From: an uncultured Verrucomicrobiae bacterium
GTDB lineage: Bacteria; Verrucomicrobiota; Verrucomicrobiia; Limisphaerales; Palsa-1400
Assembly (NCBI GenBank): GCA_963764165.1
Contig: CAVXRD010000004.1
Coordinates: 352,001 to 416,000 of the forward strand
Direction: 5' to 3'
Length of the DNA stretch: 64,000 nucleotides
This document shows, piece by piece, positions 47,118-56,158 of the stretch. Position 1 is the first letter of the stretch, and the number at the start of each line of letters is the position of its first letter. The notes under the pieces are model-generated. The model searched no databases and was not told the DNA's origin. It saw only the letters and a program-made list of their open reading frames with translations. The translations under genes and the position numbers were made by a program.

Positions 47118-48371
47118 ATGAAAGCCCGGTTCGCGCTTCTTATTTTGCTGGCCAATGCCGCCGCCCTCGCGGTTGGTTGGGTTTGGATTGGCAATTATTG
47201 GAGCAGCCAAAATTCGCGCGAGCGGGAATCAACGCAATCGCAAATCAATGCGTGGAAAGCCAAAGCCGAGGCTCCCCATCGCATGCCGCCGCCCCCTCCC
47301 CGCATCGTTTTCGAGACGAACGATTTTCATTGGAGCCAGCTTGAATCGACCAATTACCGCGTCTACATCGCCAATCTCCGCGGCGTCGGCTGTCCGGAGA
47401 GCACCATCAAGGACATCATCATCACGGATGTCATGCGGCTCTACGCGCAGAAGCGCGGGCAGTTCGCCCATAATGGCAAGCCGTTCAAGTATTGGGAAAC
47501 CAACGACAAGTATAAACTCAAGCAGGCGCAGCTCGTTGAACGCGACCGGCAGCTGGCGCAGATCGACAAGGAGCTTCCAGCCGTGCTGCGGGAATTGCTG
47601 GGAATTAATTACGAGCGCGAGTTGAACAAATATTTTGTTGACGCGGACGAGGATGGCAGCCGCCTCGGTTTCCTTTCCGATGACAAACGCGACAAGGCGC
47701 TGGCCCTGCGCGACGAATACGAAGGCAAACGCGAGCGCATTTTATACAATGTGGAAAATGGAAAGCCGACCGCTCTGCAAATCGATCAGTTGCACGAACT
47801 CGAACGCCAGCAAAGCGATGCTTTGGCGCAACTGCTCGGCCCGCGGGAAAAGGAGCAATACGAACTGAGCACCTCCCCGACTGCGGACCGGCTGCGCCAG
47901 CAATTGATCGGCTTCAATCCGACTGAGGACGAATTTCGCGCCTTGTATGCCAAACAAAAGGCCATCGATGACGCCTACGAGTTCGAGGACACCAACGACA
48001 CGACAGTCGCCGCCGCCAAAGCGGCCGACCTTGCGAAAATGATGAACGATTTCAAGGCCGGCCTGGCCGGCAGCCGCGTCGCGCAGTTCGACCGCTCGCA
48101 GGATCCCGAGTACCAAAACCTGACAGAATTAAGCGAGCAATTCGACCTGCCGGCCGACGCGTCGGATACTCTTCTTGACATGCGCCAGGCGGCCGAACAG
48201 GAGAAACAGATATTGCTGTCAAACACATCGATTCCCGCCGATCGGATCGAGACCGCGCTCCAAGCCATCCAGGCGGAGACGGAAAAAGCAGCCCGCCAAA
48301 CGCTCGGCGAACAGGCTTTTGCGCAATATCAGCAGACTGCCGCCTGGATCAAGAATCTCGGGAAGAACTGA
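47118..48371 (+). CDS. Membrane-anchored helical hypothetical protein
   Basis: N-terminal TM; FHWSQLES..Y..YIANLRGVGCPESTI; helical repeats. Confidence 0.75.
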   Translation: MKARFALLILLANAAALAVGWVWIGNYWSSQNSRERESTQSQINAWKAKAEAPHRMPPPPPRIVFETNDFHWSQLESTNYRVYIANLRGVGCPESTIKDIIITDVMRLYAQKRGQFAHNGKPFKYWETNDKYKLKQAQLVERDRQLAQIDKELPAVLRELLGINYERELNKYFVDADEDGSRLGFLSDDKRDKALALRDEYEGKRERILYNVENGKPTALQIDQLHELERQQSDALAQLLGPREKEQYELSTSPTADRLRQQLIGFNPTEDEFRALYAKQKAIDDAYEFEDTNDTTVAAAKAADLAKMMNDFKAGLAGSRVAQFDRSQDPEYQNLTELSEQFDLPADASDTLLDMRQAAEQEKQILLSNTSIPADRIETALQAIQAETEKAARQTLGEQAFAQYQQTAAWIKNLGKN

Positions 48372-48415
48372 CATGCAATCGCGAAGCGAGGCGTCTCTGC
48401 CTATATCTGCCTTGC

Positions 48416-49360
48416 CTACGAATTCCCGATAAGGATTCCGACGAGGAAAACAAGAATCCCTCCCAATCCAACCTGCAAAATCGCGGATGACCAGGGCGTG
48501 TCCATGAACCGGTGCCGCACCCACGAAATCACTCCCAGTTCAACGCATACAACGCCCACCGCTATCCCAGTCGCGACGCGGACGTTCTGGACAAGATAAG
48601 GAAAGGTGTGTCCCAGGCCGCCCACCGTCGTCATCGCGCCGCAAACGACGCCGCGTTTCCACGGATGGCCGCGCCCGGTCAGCGAACCGTCGTCGGATAG
48701 AGCTTCAGCGAAACCCATGCTGATGCCCGCCCCAAGACTCGCGGCCAGGCCTACCAGAAACGTGGGCTCGCTGCGCCCGGTGGCCACGGCTGCCGCAAAC
48801 AGAGGCGCCAGCGTTGAAACCGAACCGTCCATCAAACCCGAAAGTCCGGGTTGGACAATTTGCAAAGCGAACATCCTTTTCTCAGTCGTGGCTTCGCTTT
48901 CAGTGTCATGTGATTCCGCCATTTGCTCGGCGGTTTGAAGGTGGCCGCGCTCCTCTTCCGCCAGATCGCCCAGCAATTGCCGAAGGGCAACATCGGTCGT
49001 CCGCCGCACGGCGGCCTCATAGAAGCGCTTCGTTTCGATTTCCATCATCGCCGCCTGTTTGCGCGCCGCTGTTAACTTGAGCGGCCGCATCCGCCAAATG
49101 GGCTGGCGTTTCACGAAGCCACGCACGTCCTCGCGGCGGATGAGCGGCATGTGCTCGCCGAAGCGCGTTTTGTAAAGCTCCAGCAGGCGATGCCGGTGGC
49201 CATCCTCCTCCCGCCGAAGCTCGCGGAATCTCTCGGCCTGTTCGGGAAAACGGTCGCTCAAGCCCTCGGCGAACTCGTCGAAAATGCGGGCGTCCTCCTC
49301 CTCCAGCGCCACCGCCAGGGCGAGTATCTCCTTTTCGTCAAGACTATGAAATGAGCGCAT
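48416..49360 (-). CDS. mbfA: Membrane-bound ferritin-like iron exporter (rubrerythrin + VIT domains)
   Basis: EEED, EEDGH and EEERGH ExxH motifs; QPGLSGLMDGSVSTLAP; GAGISMGFAEALSDDG. Confidence 0.9.
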   Translation of the reverse strand: MRSFHSLDEKEILALAVALEEEDARIFDEFAEGLSDRFPEQAERFRELRREEDGHRHRLLELYKTRFGEHMPLIRREDVRGFVKRQPIWRMRPLKLTAARKQAAMMEIETKRFYEAAVRRTTDVALRQLLGDLAEEERGHLQTAEQMAESHDTESEATTEKRMFALQIVQPGLSGLMDGSVSTLAPLFAAAVATGRSEPTFLVGLAASLGAGISMGFAEALSDDGSLTGRGHPWKRGVVCGAMTTVGGLGHTFPYLVQNVRVATGIAVGVVCVELGVISWVRHRFMDTPWSSAILQVGLGGILVFLVGILIGNS

Positions 49361-49368
49361 AAAGAGTG

Positions 49369-50079
49369 TTAAAACTTCAGGTTCCAGTCGTCGCGCGCAT
49401 ATTTTTCCGCGATCAATCTGCCGCAGTCGGGCACGGCGTCCAGCGGGGTTTCCGCCTGCCAGATTTTTCTAAGCGCGTCTTTGACCGCGGACGCCGGCAG
49501 GCCAATATTCATGACAAAACCGCCATGCGGCCTGCCCGCCCGATAGTCTGGCTGCCGCGACGGCATATTCAAGTATCGATCCATCTTGTTGAGATCGAAT
49601 CGCAACAGGAAGGTGCCGTGAAAAAGCAAGACATGGCGTTTGCGCCGCTGCGCATTTCCAGAAAATTTGCGCCCGTCGATGGCGAGGTCGGTGCAGCCGC
49701 TGATTTCCACCGCACGCCCGCAAGCTTCCGACAAAGCCCGCTGCTGCCGTTCCATAATGTAGAGATTCGCCCCGGTGATGGTTTCGGTTCCGCGATGATT
49801 TTTCATTTCCAGAACCAGGGAATAATTGAGGCACCCCTCCCCTTGCAGGACCGTCCCGCCGCCGCTGCACCGCCGCAACACCGGAACCCGGTCAGCCTGG
49901 CACGCCGTTAAATGAACTTCCCTGGCAACTTCATTCGAAAATCCAACAACAACGAAATACTCCGGAGATTCCCAAAAACGCAGCACCTCTCCCCCGCCAC
50001 TGTCGCAGCCTTCCAGAAGCGCCTCGTCGCACGACAGATTTTCGGCGGCGCTTGGAAATGTTCTGTCGAGATATGTCAT
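49369..50079 (-). CDS. Lipoate-protein ligase A family
   Basis: NLSCDEALL, RRCSGGGTV, KFSGNAQ, HGTFL. Confidence 0.88.
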   Translation of the reverse strand: MTYLDRTFPSAAENLSCDEALLEGCDSGGGEVLRFWESPEYFVVVGFSNEVAREVHLTACQADRVPVLRRCSGGGTVLQGEGCLNYSLVLEMKNHRGTETITGANLYIMERQQRALSEACGRAVEISGCTDLAIDGRKFSGNAQRRKRHVLLFHGTFLLRFDLNKMDRYLNMPSRQPDYRAGRPHGGFVMNIGLPASAVKDALRKIWQAETPLDAVPDCGRLIAEKYARDDWNLKF

Positions 50080-50399
50080 CGAGCGCGCATGAAACCGCGC
50101 CAGGAAAAACCAATCCAGTCAAATCTTTCAACATAATCTGCTAAAACAGGTCGCGGACGATGCCCCTTTGGTCGGTCAATTCCGCCTTTCGAAGAAACGC
50201 ATGAGAATTGGTGAGATTTGCTGATGCGGGTTGAAACAAAAGACCCCCGTCGCTTGTTGATCGGCCTCGGTCAGAGCTTTTGCGCGGCCTCGAGGCGCAT
50301 AAATCTGCCCCACTTTCATTTTTCCAGCAGTACGCTACATTGGCTTGGGTCAAGCGTATGATTCGATTGCGCCAAGGTTTTGTTCGGTGTCCGGTGGAG

Positions 50400-52352
50400 A
50401 TGCTCCGCCGTTCTCGCTGCTTGCAGGCGTTCTTTCCGGTTTTTGTTTTTCTTGCCATTGTCCTCGGCGTTTCCGTGTCTGTGTTTGCGGATGAACAGCC
50501 AATTATCCAGACGGTGCCGTCCAAATGGATTCATCCGCGGAATTTTACAAGGCCCGCCATTGATGATGCTCCGGCCCCAGGACAGGATTTTCGATGGCTG
50601 CTTTCGGATCGCCAGATCAATCCGGCGGTGGATGAAGTCTTTTTCCACGAAACCCGCCAAGCCATCAACGCCGCGGGCGCGGATGCGTGCGCGCATATCT
50701 CCGTGAATTTCGATCCGTCCTGCCAATCACTGACCCTGCATTGGGTGCGTGTTTGGCGCGGGCTCAAGAAAATTGAGCGGCTTGATCCGGCGCGGGTCCA
50801 CGTTGGCGCCCTGGGCGCCGACGTGCCTGAGTCGCTGCTTTACCCGGGCAAGGTTGCTTACCTCGTGCTCGACGATGTGAAGCCCGGGGATATTGTTGAC
50901 TACGCTTGCAGCATTGAGGGAAGCAACCCGATGCTGGCTGGAAAGTTCGCCGCCGCTGTCCCGCTTCAATTTCAACAGCCCGTGGGGCTGGCGGTGACGC
51001 GGCTGGTCTGGCCGGCGGGCCGGCGCTTCTACATCAAAAACCATTTGACAGATCTAAAGCCCACAGTCCTGCGCGGCAGCAACAGCCTCGAATATTACTG
51101 GGCCGCGACCAACGCGCCCGCCTGGCGCGTGGAAGCTCTGACGCCCAGTTGGTATGATCCCCGCCCGTGGGTGCAGTTGAGCGAATTTCAAAAATGGCCG
51201 GAAGTGAAAGCATGGGCCATCGGGCTGTTTAATTCCACGAACGCGGCCTCGCCGGAATTGGCGCGGAAAATCTACGAGTGGAAACAGATCGTCGATCCAG
51301 AAGCTCGCGTGATTGCGGCCTTGCGTTTTGTGCAGGAGGAGATTCGCAATCTAGGGCCGGACGACGCGGCTCCCGGCCTTGCTTTGGCGACGCCTTCCGC
51401 CGCCTTCGCCCGCCGCACCGCCGACAATAAGGAGAAGGCTCTGCTTCTGGTGGCGATGCTACGCTCGCTCAAAATTGACGCCTGGCCAGTGCTGGTGAAT
51501 TCGCTGATGCGGCAGGAGCTGGCCGAGTTGCAACCTTCGTCAACACTCTTTAATCACGTCATCGTCCAGGTCACACTTAATGGTCAAACCTATTGGCTGG
51601 ATCCGAGCGCCAGCTATGAACGCGGACGGCTGGCGACGCGATCGTGGCCTAATTATGCTTGGGGCCTCGTTCTGAATCCAACGAGCACCGGGCTGACCGC
51701 CATCCCGCCCTGCCCTGTTCAAGCTCTGACGACCGTCAATGAATATGTGACGCTCGGCAAACTGAACAATCGAACCACCATCAAGGTCGTCACCGTGGCG
51801 GAAGGCGCGGATGCGGACCGGTTGCGACGGCGTTTCGCCACGACGCCGCACGACTTATTGCAGCGCGAAAAGCTCGGCGAATATGCCAGCCGCTACCCGT
51901 CCGTCCACACCACCGCCCCGCTCGATTACAGCGATGACGAAGACAAGAATCGCATCGAGACGACCGAGTCTTACGCCATCGACGGCATTTGGATGCACGT
52001 TGGCGATGAATTGAATTACCGCGCGAGGATTTTTGCGGTCAATGTTGACGACGCCCTCGTAAAGGCCGATCCCGCGCGGACGATGCCGATGGCTCTGCCG
52101 TTCCCGGTTCACCAAATCTTCCATGCGGAAATGGCCCTCTCCTCCAACCTGCCCACAGACCCGGCGAACGTGACTTACCGTGACCCGGCCTTTTTCTTCC
52201 AACGGACCTCGAGCGTTGCCGGCGCGATGTTGTATGTGAATTACGAGTATCGCTCGCTTGCCGATGCTGTCATGCCCGAGGCGCTGGCCAATTACGCTAA
52301 GGATGTGGGAGGCGCCACGGACGCGCTCGGCTACACGATTCTAGGTTTCTAG
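50400..52352 (+). CDS. DUF3857 + transglutaminase-like protein (catalytic Cys absent)
   Basis: DVKPGDIVDY, ALRFVQEEIR, ADNKEKA, FNHVI, YWLDP; signal peptide. Confidence 0.82.
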   Translation: MLRRSRCLQAFFPVFVFLAIVLGVSVSVFADEQPIIQTVPSKWIHPRNFTRPAIDDAPAPGQDFRWLLSDRQINPAVDEVFFHETRQAINAAGADACAHISVNFDPSCQSLTLHWVRVWRGLKKIERLDPARVHVGALGADVPESLLYPGKVAYLVLDDVKPGDIVDYACSIEGSNPMLAGKFAAAVPLQFQQPVGLAVTRLVWPAGRRFYIKNHLTDLKPTVLRGSNSLEYYWAATNAPAWRVEALTPSWYDPRPWVQLSEFQKWPEVKAWAIGLFNSTNAASPELARKIYEWKQIVDPEARVIAALRFVQEEIRNLGPDDAAPGLALATPSAAFARRTADNKEKALLLVAMLRSLKIDAWPVLVNSLMRQELAELQPSSTLFNHVIVQVTLNGQTYWLDPSASYERGRLATRSWPNYAWGLVLNPTSTGLTAIPPCPVQALTTVNEYVTLGKLNNRTTIKVVTVAEGADADRLRRRFATTPHDLLQREKLGEYASRYPSVHTTAPLDYSDDEDKNRIETTESYAIDGIWMHVGDELNYRARIFAVNVDDALVKADPARTMPMALPFPVHQIFHAEMALSSNLPTDPANVTYRDPAFFFQRTSSVAGAMLYVNYEYRSLADAVMPEALANYAKDVGGATDALGYTILGF

Positions 52353-52403
52353 TGTCTGTCTCCTTTTCCTTGCGGAAAAACAGGACTGAATTATTGATGG
52401 ATT

Positions 52404-53099
52404 ATGACGTTGAAATCACTTTTCCCTTTTCGGCGCATGAATTGGGCTGCCGCATGCGCACTTGGAGTTTGCACGGCCGCATTTTCCGCCAGCGGGCAGG
52501 ACAAGGTTCCGCTTAATATCAAGCTGCCCGCAGCCACGTTTGTCGGCACGCCTTCCGACAAACAAGTTGATCCAGAAGTCGAAAAACCGAGCGACAAGCC
52601 GCGCCCGCTCTTGATGGTTCCGCCAGGCGTCAGCAACATCGCCCTGCACAAGACCGTCACCAGCAGCACCAACAAGAGGCTGCCGGAGGAATTGGCCAAA
52701 ATCACCGACGGCGAGAAGGAGTCCGGCGAACAAACCGACGTGCTTCTGCCGAAGGGGCCGCAATGGGTGCAGATTGATTTGGGAAGCCCGAACGAAATTT
52801 ACGCGGTGGTGATCTGGCACGGATACGACGAACCAAAAGTATACCACGGCGTGGTCGTGCAGGTCGCGGATGATGCCGCTTTTACAAAGAACGTCCGCAC
52901 TTTGTTCAATAACGACCGGAAGAATGTGGATGGCCTCGGAATTGGAACGAACCGCGAATACTTCGAATCCAATGAAGGCAAGCTTGTGGAAGGAAATGGA
53001 ACTGTCGCCCGCTACGTGCGCACTTACTCGGATGGCAGCACGGTCGCGCACTTCAACGAATACACGGAAATCGAAGTCTACGGCCGCCCGCCGAAATAA
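52404..53099 (+). CDS. Secreted discoidin (F5/8C)-like domain protein
   Basis: NIALHKTVTSS, ITDG, QWVQIDLG, ARYVR, EIEVYG. Confidence 0.78.
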   Translation: MTLKSLFPFRRMNWAAACALGVCTAAFSASGQDKVPLNIKLPAATFVGTPSDKQVDPEVEKPSDKPRPLLMVPPGVSNIALHKTVTSSTNKRLPEELAKITDGEKESGEQTDVLLPKGPQWVQIDLGSPNEIYAVVIWHGYDEPKVYHGVVVQVADDAAFTKNVRTLFNNDRKNVDGLGIGTNREYFESNEGKLVEGNGTVARYVRTYSDGSTVAHFNEYTEIEVYGRPPK

Positions 53100-53111
53100 G
53101 CGGAGCAGCAG

Positions 53112-54362
53112 TCAACCAAATTTCCTGGCAAGGCGCTCCTTGTGGTAGGCGAGCCGCTGTTCGTTTGTCATCTTGTCAAAATCGGGCGCGCCAAATCGGG
53201 AGACGGGCCTGGCGGATTTTGCGGAGGAGGCGTTTGAAGCGGGTTTTGATCCTGCCATTGATATGGTCGCGCGCGAAGCCGCAACGCTGTCGTAACTCAT
53301 CGCGAGATCGGTCAGCTCCAAATCTTTTTCCAGCGGCAGCTTGGGCTGGATTCTTTTCCCCTGCAAAACGCCGTGATAGGCGCGCACCGCTTCCTCGGGA
53401 GAAATTTTTCCATCCGTGATCAAGCGAAGCATTTCAATGAACGCCAATTGATGCTCCGCGTTGTTGATCTTGCGGCCGTACAACGCCACGCGCGCCCCGT
53501 ACTTTTGCGCGTCGTGGATGAGTTTGAACGCGTCGTAAGTCGTCCCCGCGCTTCCGCCCAGGACGCCGACGACGAGATTCGGATCGTACTGCGCCAATTC
53601 TTCCATCGCCCGCGGCCCGTGGTAAACGATCTTTAGAAACACCGGGCGGCCCGCCTCGGTGACTCCCGCCAGATTCCGCAAAATCTGGTCGTTGATGAAC
53701 TCGCCCATTTTCTCGGGGGCAATGCCGCTGGCGGTGTTGGGATCGAACACTTCGAGGAAATAGCGGAATTTTTTCCGCTCGGCTTCTTCGCGAAATTCCT
53801 TGAAAGCCAGCAGCGTGGCGCGATCCTGCTCCAAATTATTGACAAACGTGACCGAGTATAAGCCAAGATTTGCGCCGGGAATTTCCGCGCTCCGGTCGCA
53901 CTCAACTTTCCCGCATTGGATGTGGTCGATGCTCGCGCTGCGGAATGTCTCCGCCGGCTCCTTGGTGTAACAGCCGTGACGCACTACCCAAACGTCCGTT
54001 GTATCATTGGCGCGCGCGGCGGGCGTCACGTGCGAATCGCGGAACATGCCCTCCTTGATCGTCAACAATTCGTTGACATAGGCAGACATCAGCATGATGT
54101 CGACCAGCCCCTGCTGGGTGACTTCGCGGATGATGTCGAGAAATTCGGGAAGATTGCGATATCCGAATTCTTCGCGATTCCAAATCTCCGGGGAAAATTT
54201 TGCGGGATGCGCGCCTTTGCCGGCCAGATAGCCGCGCGGGCCGGGCGCGCGCACGCCGAATGCCATGTCGGCGTCCTTGGCATCGGCGATGATGAAATCT
54301 CGCGAACCCGGCTGCGCCTTGATTTTGGCGAGTTTTGTGTCAAGTGATTTGATGGCGCTCAT
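53112..54362 (-). CDS. TIM-barrel class I aldolase-like protein, BMC-associated
   Basis: FLEVF, FLKIVY (candidate Schiff-base Lys), VLGG, YGRKI; downstream of the BMC operon in the same orientation. Confidence 0.6.
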   Translation of the reverse strand: MSAIKSLDTKLAKIKAQPGSRDFIIADAKDADMAFGVRAPGPRGYLAGKGAHPAKFSPEIWNREEFGYRNLPEFLDIIREVTQQGLVDIMLMSAYVNELLTIKEGMFRDSHVTPAARANDTTDVWVVRHGCYTKEPAETFRSASIDHIQCGKVECDRSAEIPGANLGLYSVTFVNNLEQDRATLLAFKEFREEAERKKFRYFLEVFDPNTASGIAPEKMGEFINDQILRNLAGVTEAGRPVFLKIVYHGPRAMEELAQYDPNLVVGVLGGSAGTTYDAFKLIHDAQKYGARVALYGRKINNAEHQLAFIEMLRLITDGKISPEEAVRAYHGVLQGKRIQPKLPLEKDLELTDLAMSYDSVAASRATISMAGSKPASNASSAKSARPVSRFGAPDFDKMTNEQRLAYHKERLARKFG

Positions 54363-54392
54363 CTTAAAAACGGGTGACGCCCGGGCGCAACT

Positions 54393-54503
54393 TGCCGGAG
54401 CGCGGCTGTGTCGAAGACCAGCCGCAGCAATGCTCTAATACTCTGACGCGCCTTTCGATTCCGCCTTGCTGCGGCTGGTCTTCGACACAGCCGCGCTCCG
54501 GCA
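54393..54503. repeat. Perfect 38-bp inverted repeat (family B)
   Basis: 54393-54430 is the exact reverse complement of 54466-54503. Confidence 0.95.
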
Positions 54504-54533
54504 CAGGCATGGCGCCACTCGCCGAAATCGCGT

Positions 54534-55580
54534 TCATCCCTTGCCAAGTTTGGCCATGATCTGCTCGGTGATGGCCTGAATCAATGCCTCAGCCTGCGAG
54601 TCGCCCGCGGAGCCGCCACTCTCAATTTGCTTGGGTGGAACGGCGCACATGACGCCGGGACGCCATTCATCGTTATTGCACAATTCGCATTCCTTGAGGC
54701 CGATGCGCGGATCAGGAATGCCGAGCGTCTGCTTGATCTTGAGCAAATCCTGCAAGTGCGTTTGCGAAAATGTTTTCAGCGGCGCGCCCAGTTGCGCCGC
54801 CACCACCACCGTGCGGCAATACGCCTCGATGATTTCCATCTTGAAATACGCGTCCTCGACACTGACATGGCTCCACGACACGACGCCGTGGTTTGCCATC
54901 AAAATGGTATTATGCTGGTCGCTCAAATCGGCCACGAGCTTGCCCATCTCCGGCGTGCCCGGCGTGCGATACGGCGCAATCGGAACTTTGCCAATGAACA
55001 CTTCAATTTCCGGAATCATGCACGTCGGCGGTTCTACGCCAGCCACCGCAAAGGCCGTCGCGTGCGGCGGATGGCAATGCACGGTCGCCACGGCGCGCGA
55101 TTGGCGCTTCATGATTTGCAGATGCATCAGAATTTCGCTGGTGCGCTTTTTGGTTCCGGCCAGCTGATTTCCGTCGAGATCCACCAGGCACATATCCTCC
55201 GGCTTCATGAAGCCTTTCGAAACCAGTGTCGGCGTGCAGAGCGCCATCCCCTCACCAACGCGAATGGCGATGTTGCCACCGTTGCCATCGACATAAGCTC
55301 GGCCCCACAATCGGCGGCCGATGTCGCAGATTTGCAATTTCAACGCGTGAATTTCCGGCGAATTGAAAAACGTCTCAATCTTCATCGAGGAAGATGAGGC
55401 AGACGGCGTTTTGACGGCGGGCGCGAACCCGTTGCCACTGGAACGCGAGCCGTTGTTTTCGAAATCGCGCACGAGGTCCCGCGCGGAGGGGGTTAGGATG
55501 GCGTCGCCTGGAATAGATTTCAGGTCGCCGCCGTTCCGCAGCATCTCCTCCACTTCCTTGGCGCTAATGATAATTCTCAT
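54534..55580 (-). CDS. Class II aldolase (fuculose/rhamnulose-phosphate aldolase-like, PvmN-like)
   Basis: GGNI, TPT..SK, SEILMH, VHCHPPHA, NHGV; C-terminal encapsulation-peptide-like helix. Confidence 0.88.
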   Translation of the reverse strand: MRIIISAKEVEEMLRNGGDLKSIPGDAILTPSARDLVRDFENNGSRSSGNGFAPAVKTPSASSSSMKIETFFNSPEIHALKLQICDIGRRLWGRAYVDGNGGNIAIRVGEGMALCTPTLVSKGFMKPEDMCLVDLDGNQLAGTKKRTSEILMHLQIMKRQSRAVATVHCHPPHATAFAVAGVEPPTCMIPEIEVFIGKVPIAPYRTPGTPEMGKLVADLSDQHNTILMANHGVVSWSHVSVEDAYFKMEIIEAYCRTVVVAAQLGAPLKTFSQTHLQDLLKIKQTLGIPDPRIGLKECELCNNDEWRPGVMCAVPPKQIESGGSAGDSQAEALIQAITEQIMAKLGKG

Positions 55581-55876
55581 TTGAAAGGTGAATAAAAAAT
55601 TTCGTCGATCAATGCCGCGTTTATGGCGTCAATGGGAGTTGGTTTGTCAAAAGGCATGGCGGCCTCCCGGCCTTCGATGAAGCCGATAGTCTGTCCCACC
55701 CCGCCGCCGAGATTGTCATAAACAACAACGCTCGGTTCCTTTGTGACAGCCGCCGCGCCGGATTCGGGTTTGAAATGTTCGCGCGAACATGGGCTGACGA
55801 CCAACCATCGAGCGCCGGCGAAACCTTCCGCCGTTTTCCCCAAGGTTACCCTGCCAATGACCGTGCCCAATCTCAT
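55577..55876 (-). CDS. BMC pentamer (EutN/CcmL)
   Basis: MRLGTVIGRV...YDNLGGG.G...EGREA..PF...PIDA. Confidence 0.88.
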   Translation of the reverse strand: MRLGTVIGRVTLGKTAEGFAGARWLVVSPCSREHFKPESGAAAVTKEPSVVVYDNLGGGVGQTIGFIEGREAAMPFDKPTPIDAINAALIDEIFYSPFK

Positions 55877-56151
55877 GCGTTCGTCCCTCCCTCGGGTTCA
55901 TCGACAATGCCAACGACCATCCAACGGACAGGGCTTTTCGGGTCCTTCACTGCAGCGCGCGCAGCCGAGCCATCCGAGGAAATAACAACTCGTTCGTGCA
56001 TTCCGGCGCCTTGCGCATCGATGGCGATTTGCGGCGTGCCTTCGGGTTTGCCCGCGAGATCGATTGGCTGGCAAATCACGAGCCGCCAGCCCTCGAAACT
56101 TGGATGTTTCCGGGTGGCGATCACGGTGCCTTCGATGCGGGCCAGCAACAT
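55873..56151 (-). CDS. BMC pentamer (EutN/CcmL)
   Basis: MLLARIEGTVIATRKH...DAQGAG...DGSAAR..VVGIVD. Confidence 0.9.
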   Translation of the reverse strand: MLLARIEGTVIATRKHPSFEGWRLVICQPIDLAGKPEGTPQIAIDAQGAGMHERVVISSDGSAARAAVKDPKSPVRWMVVGIVDEPEGGTNA

Positions 56152-56158
56152 GGTTGTT

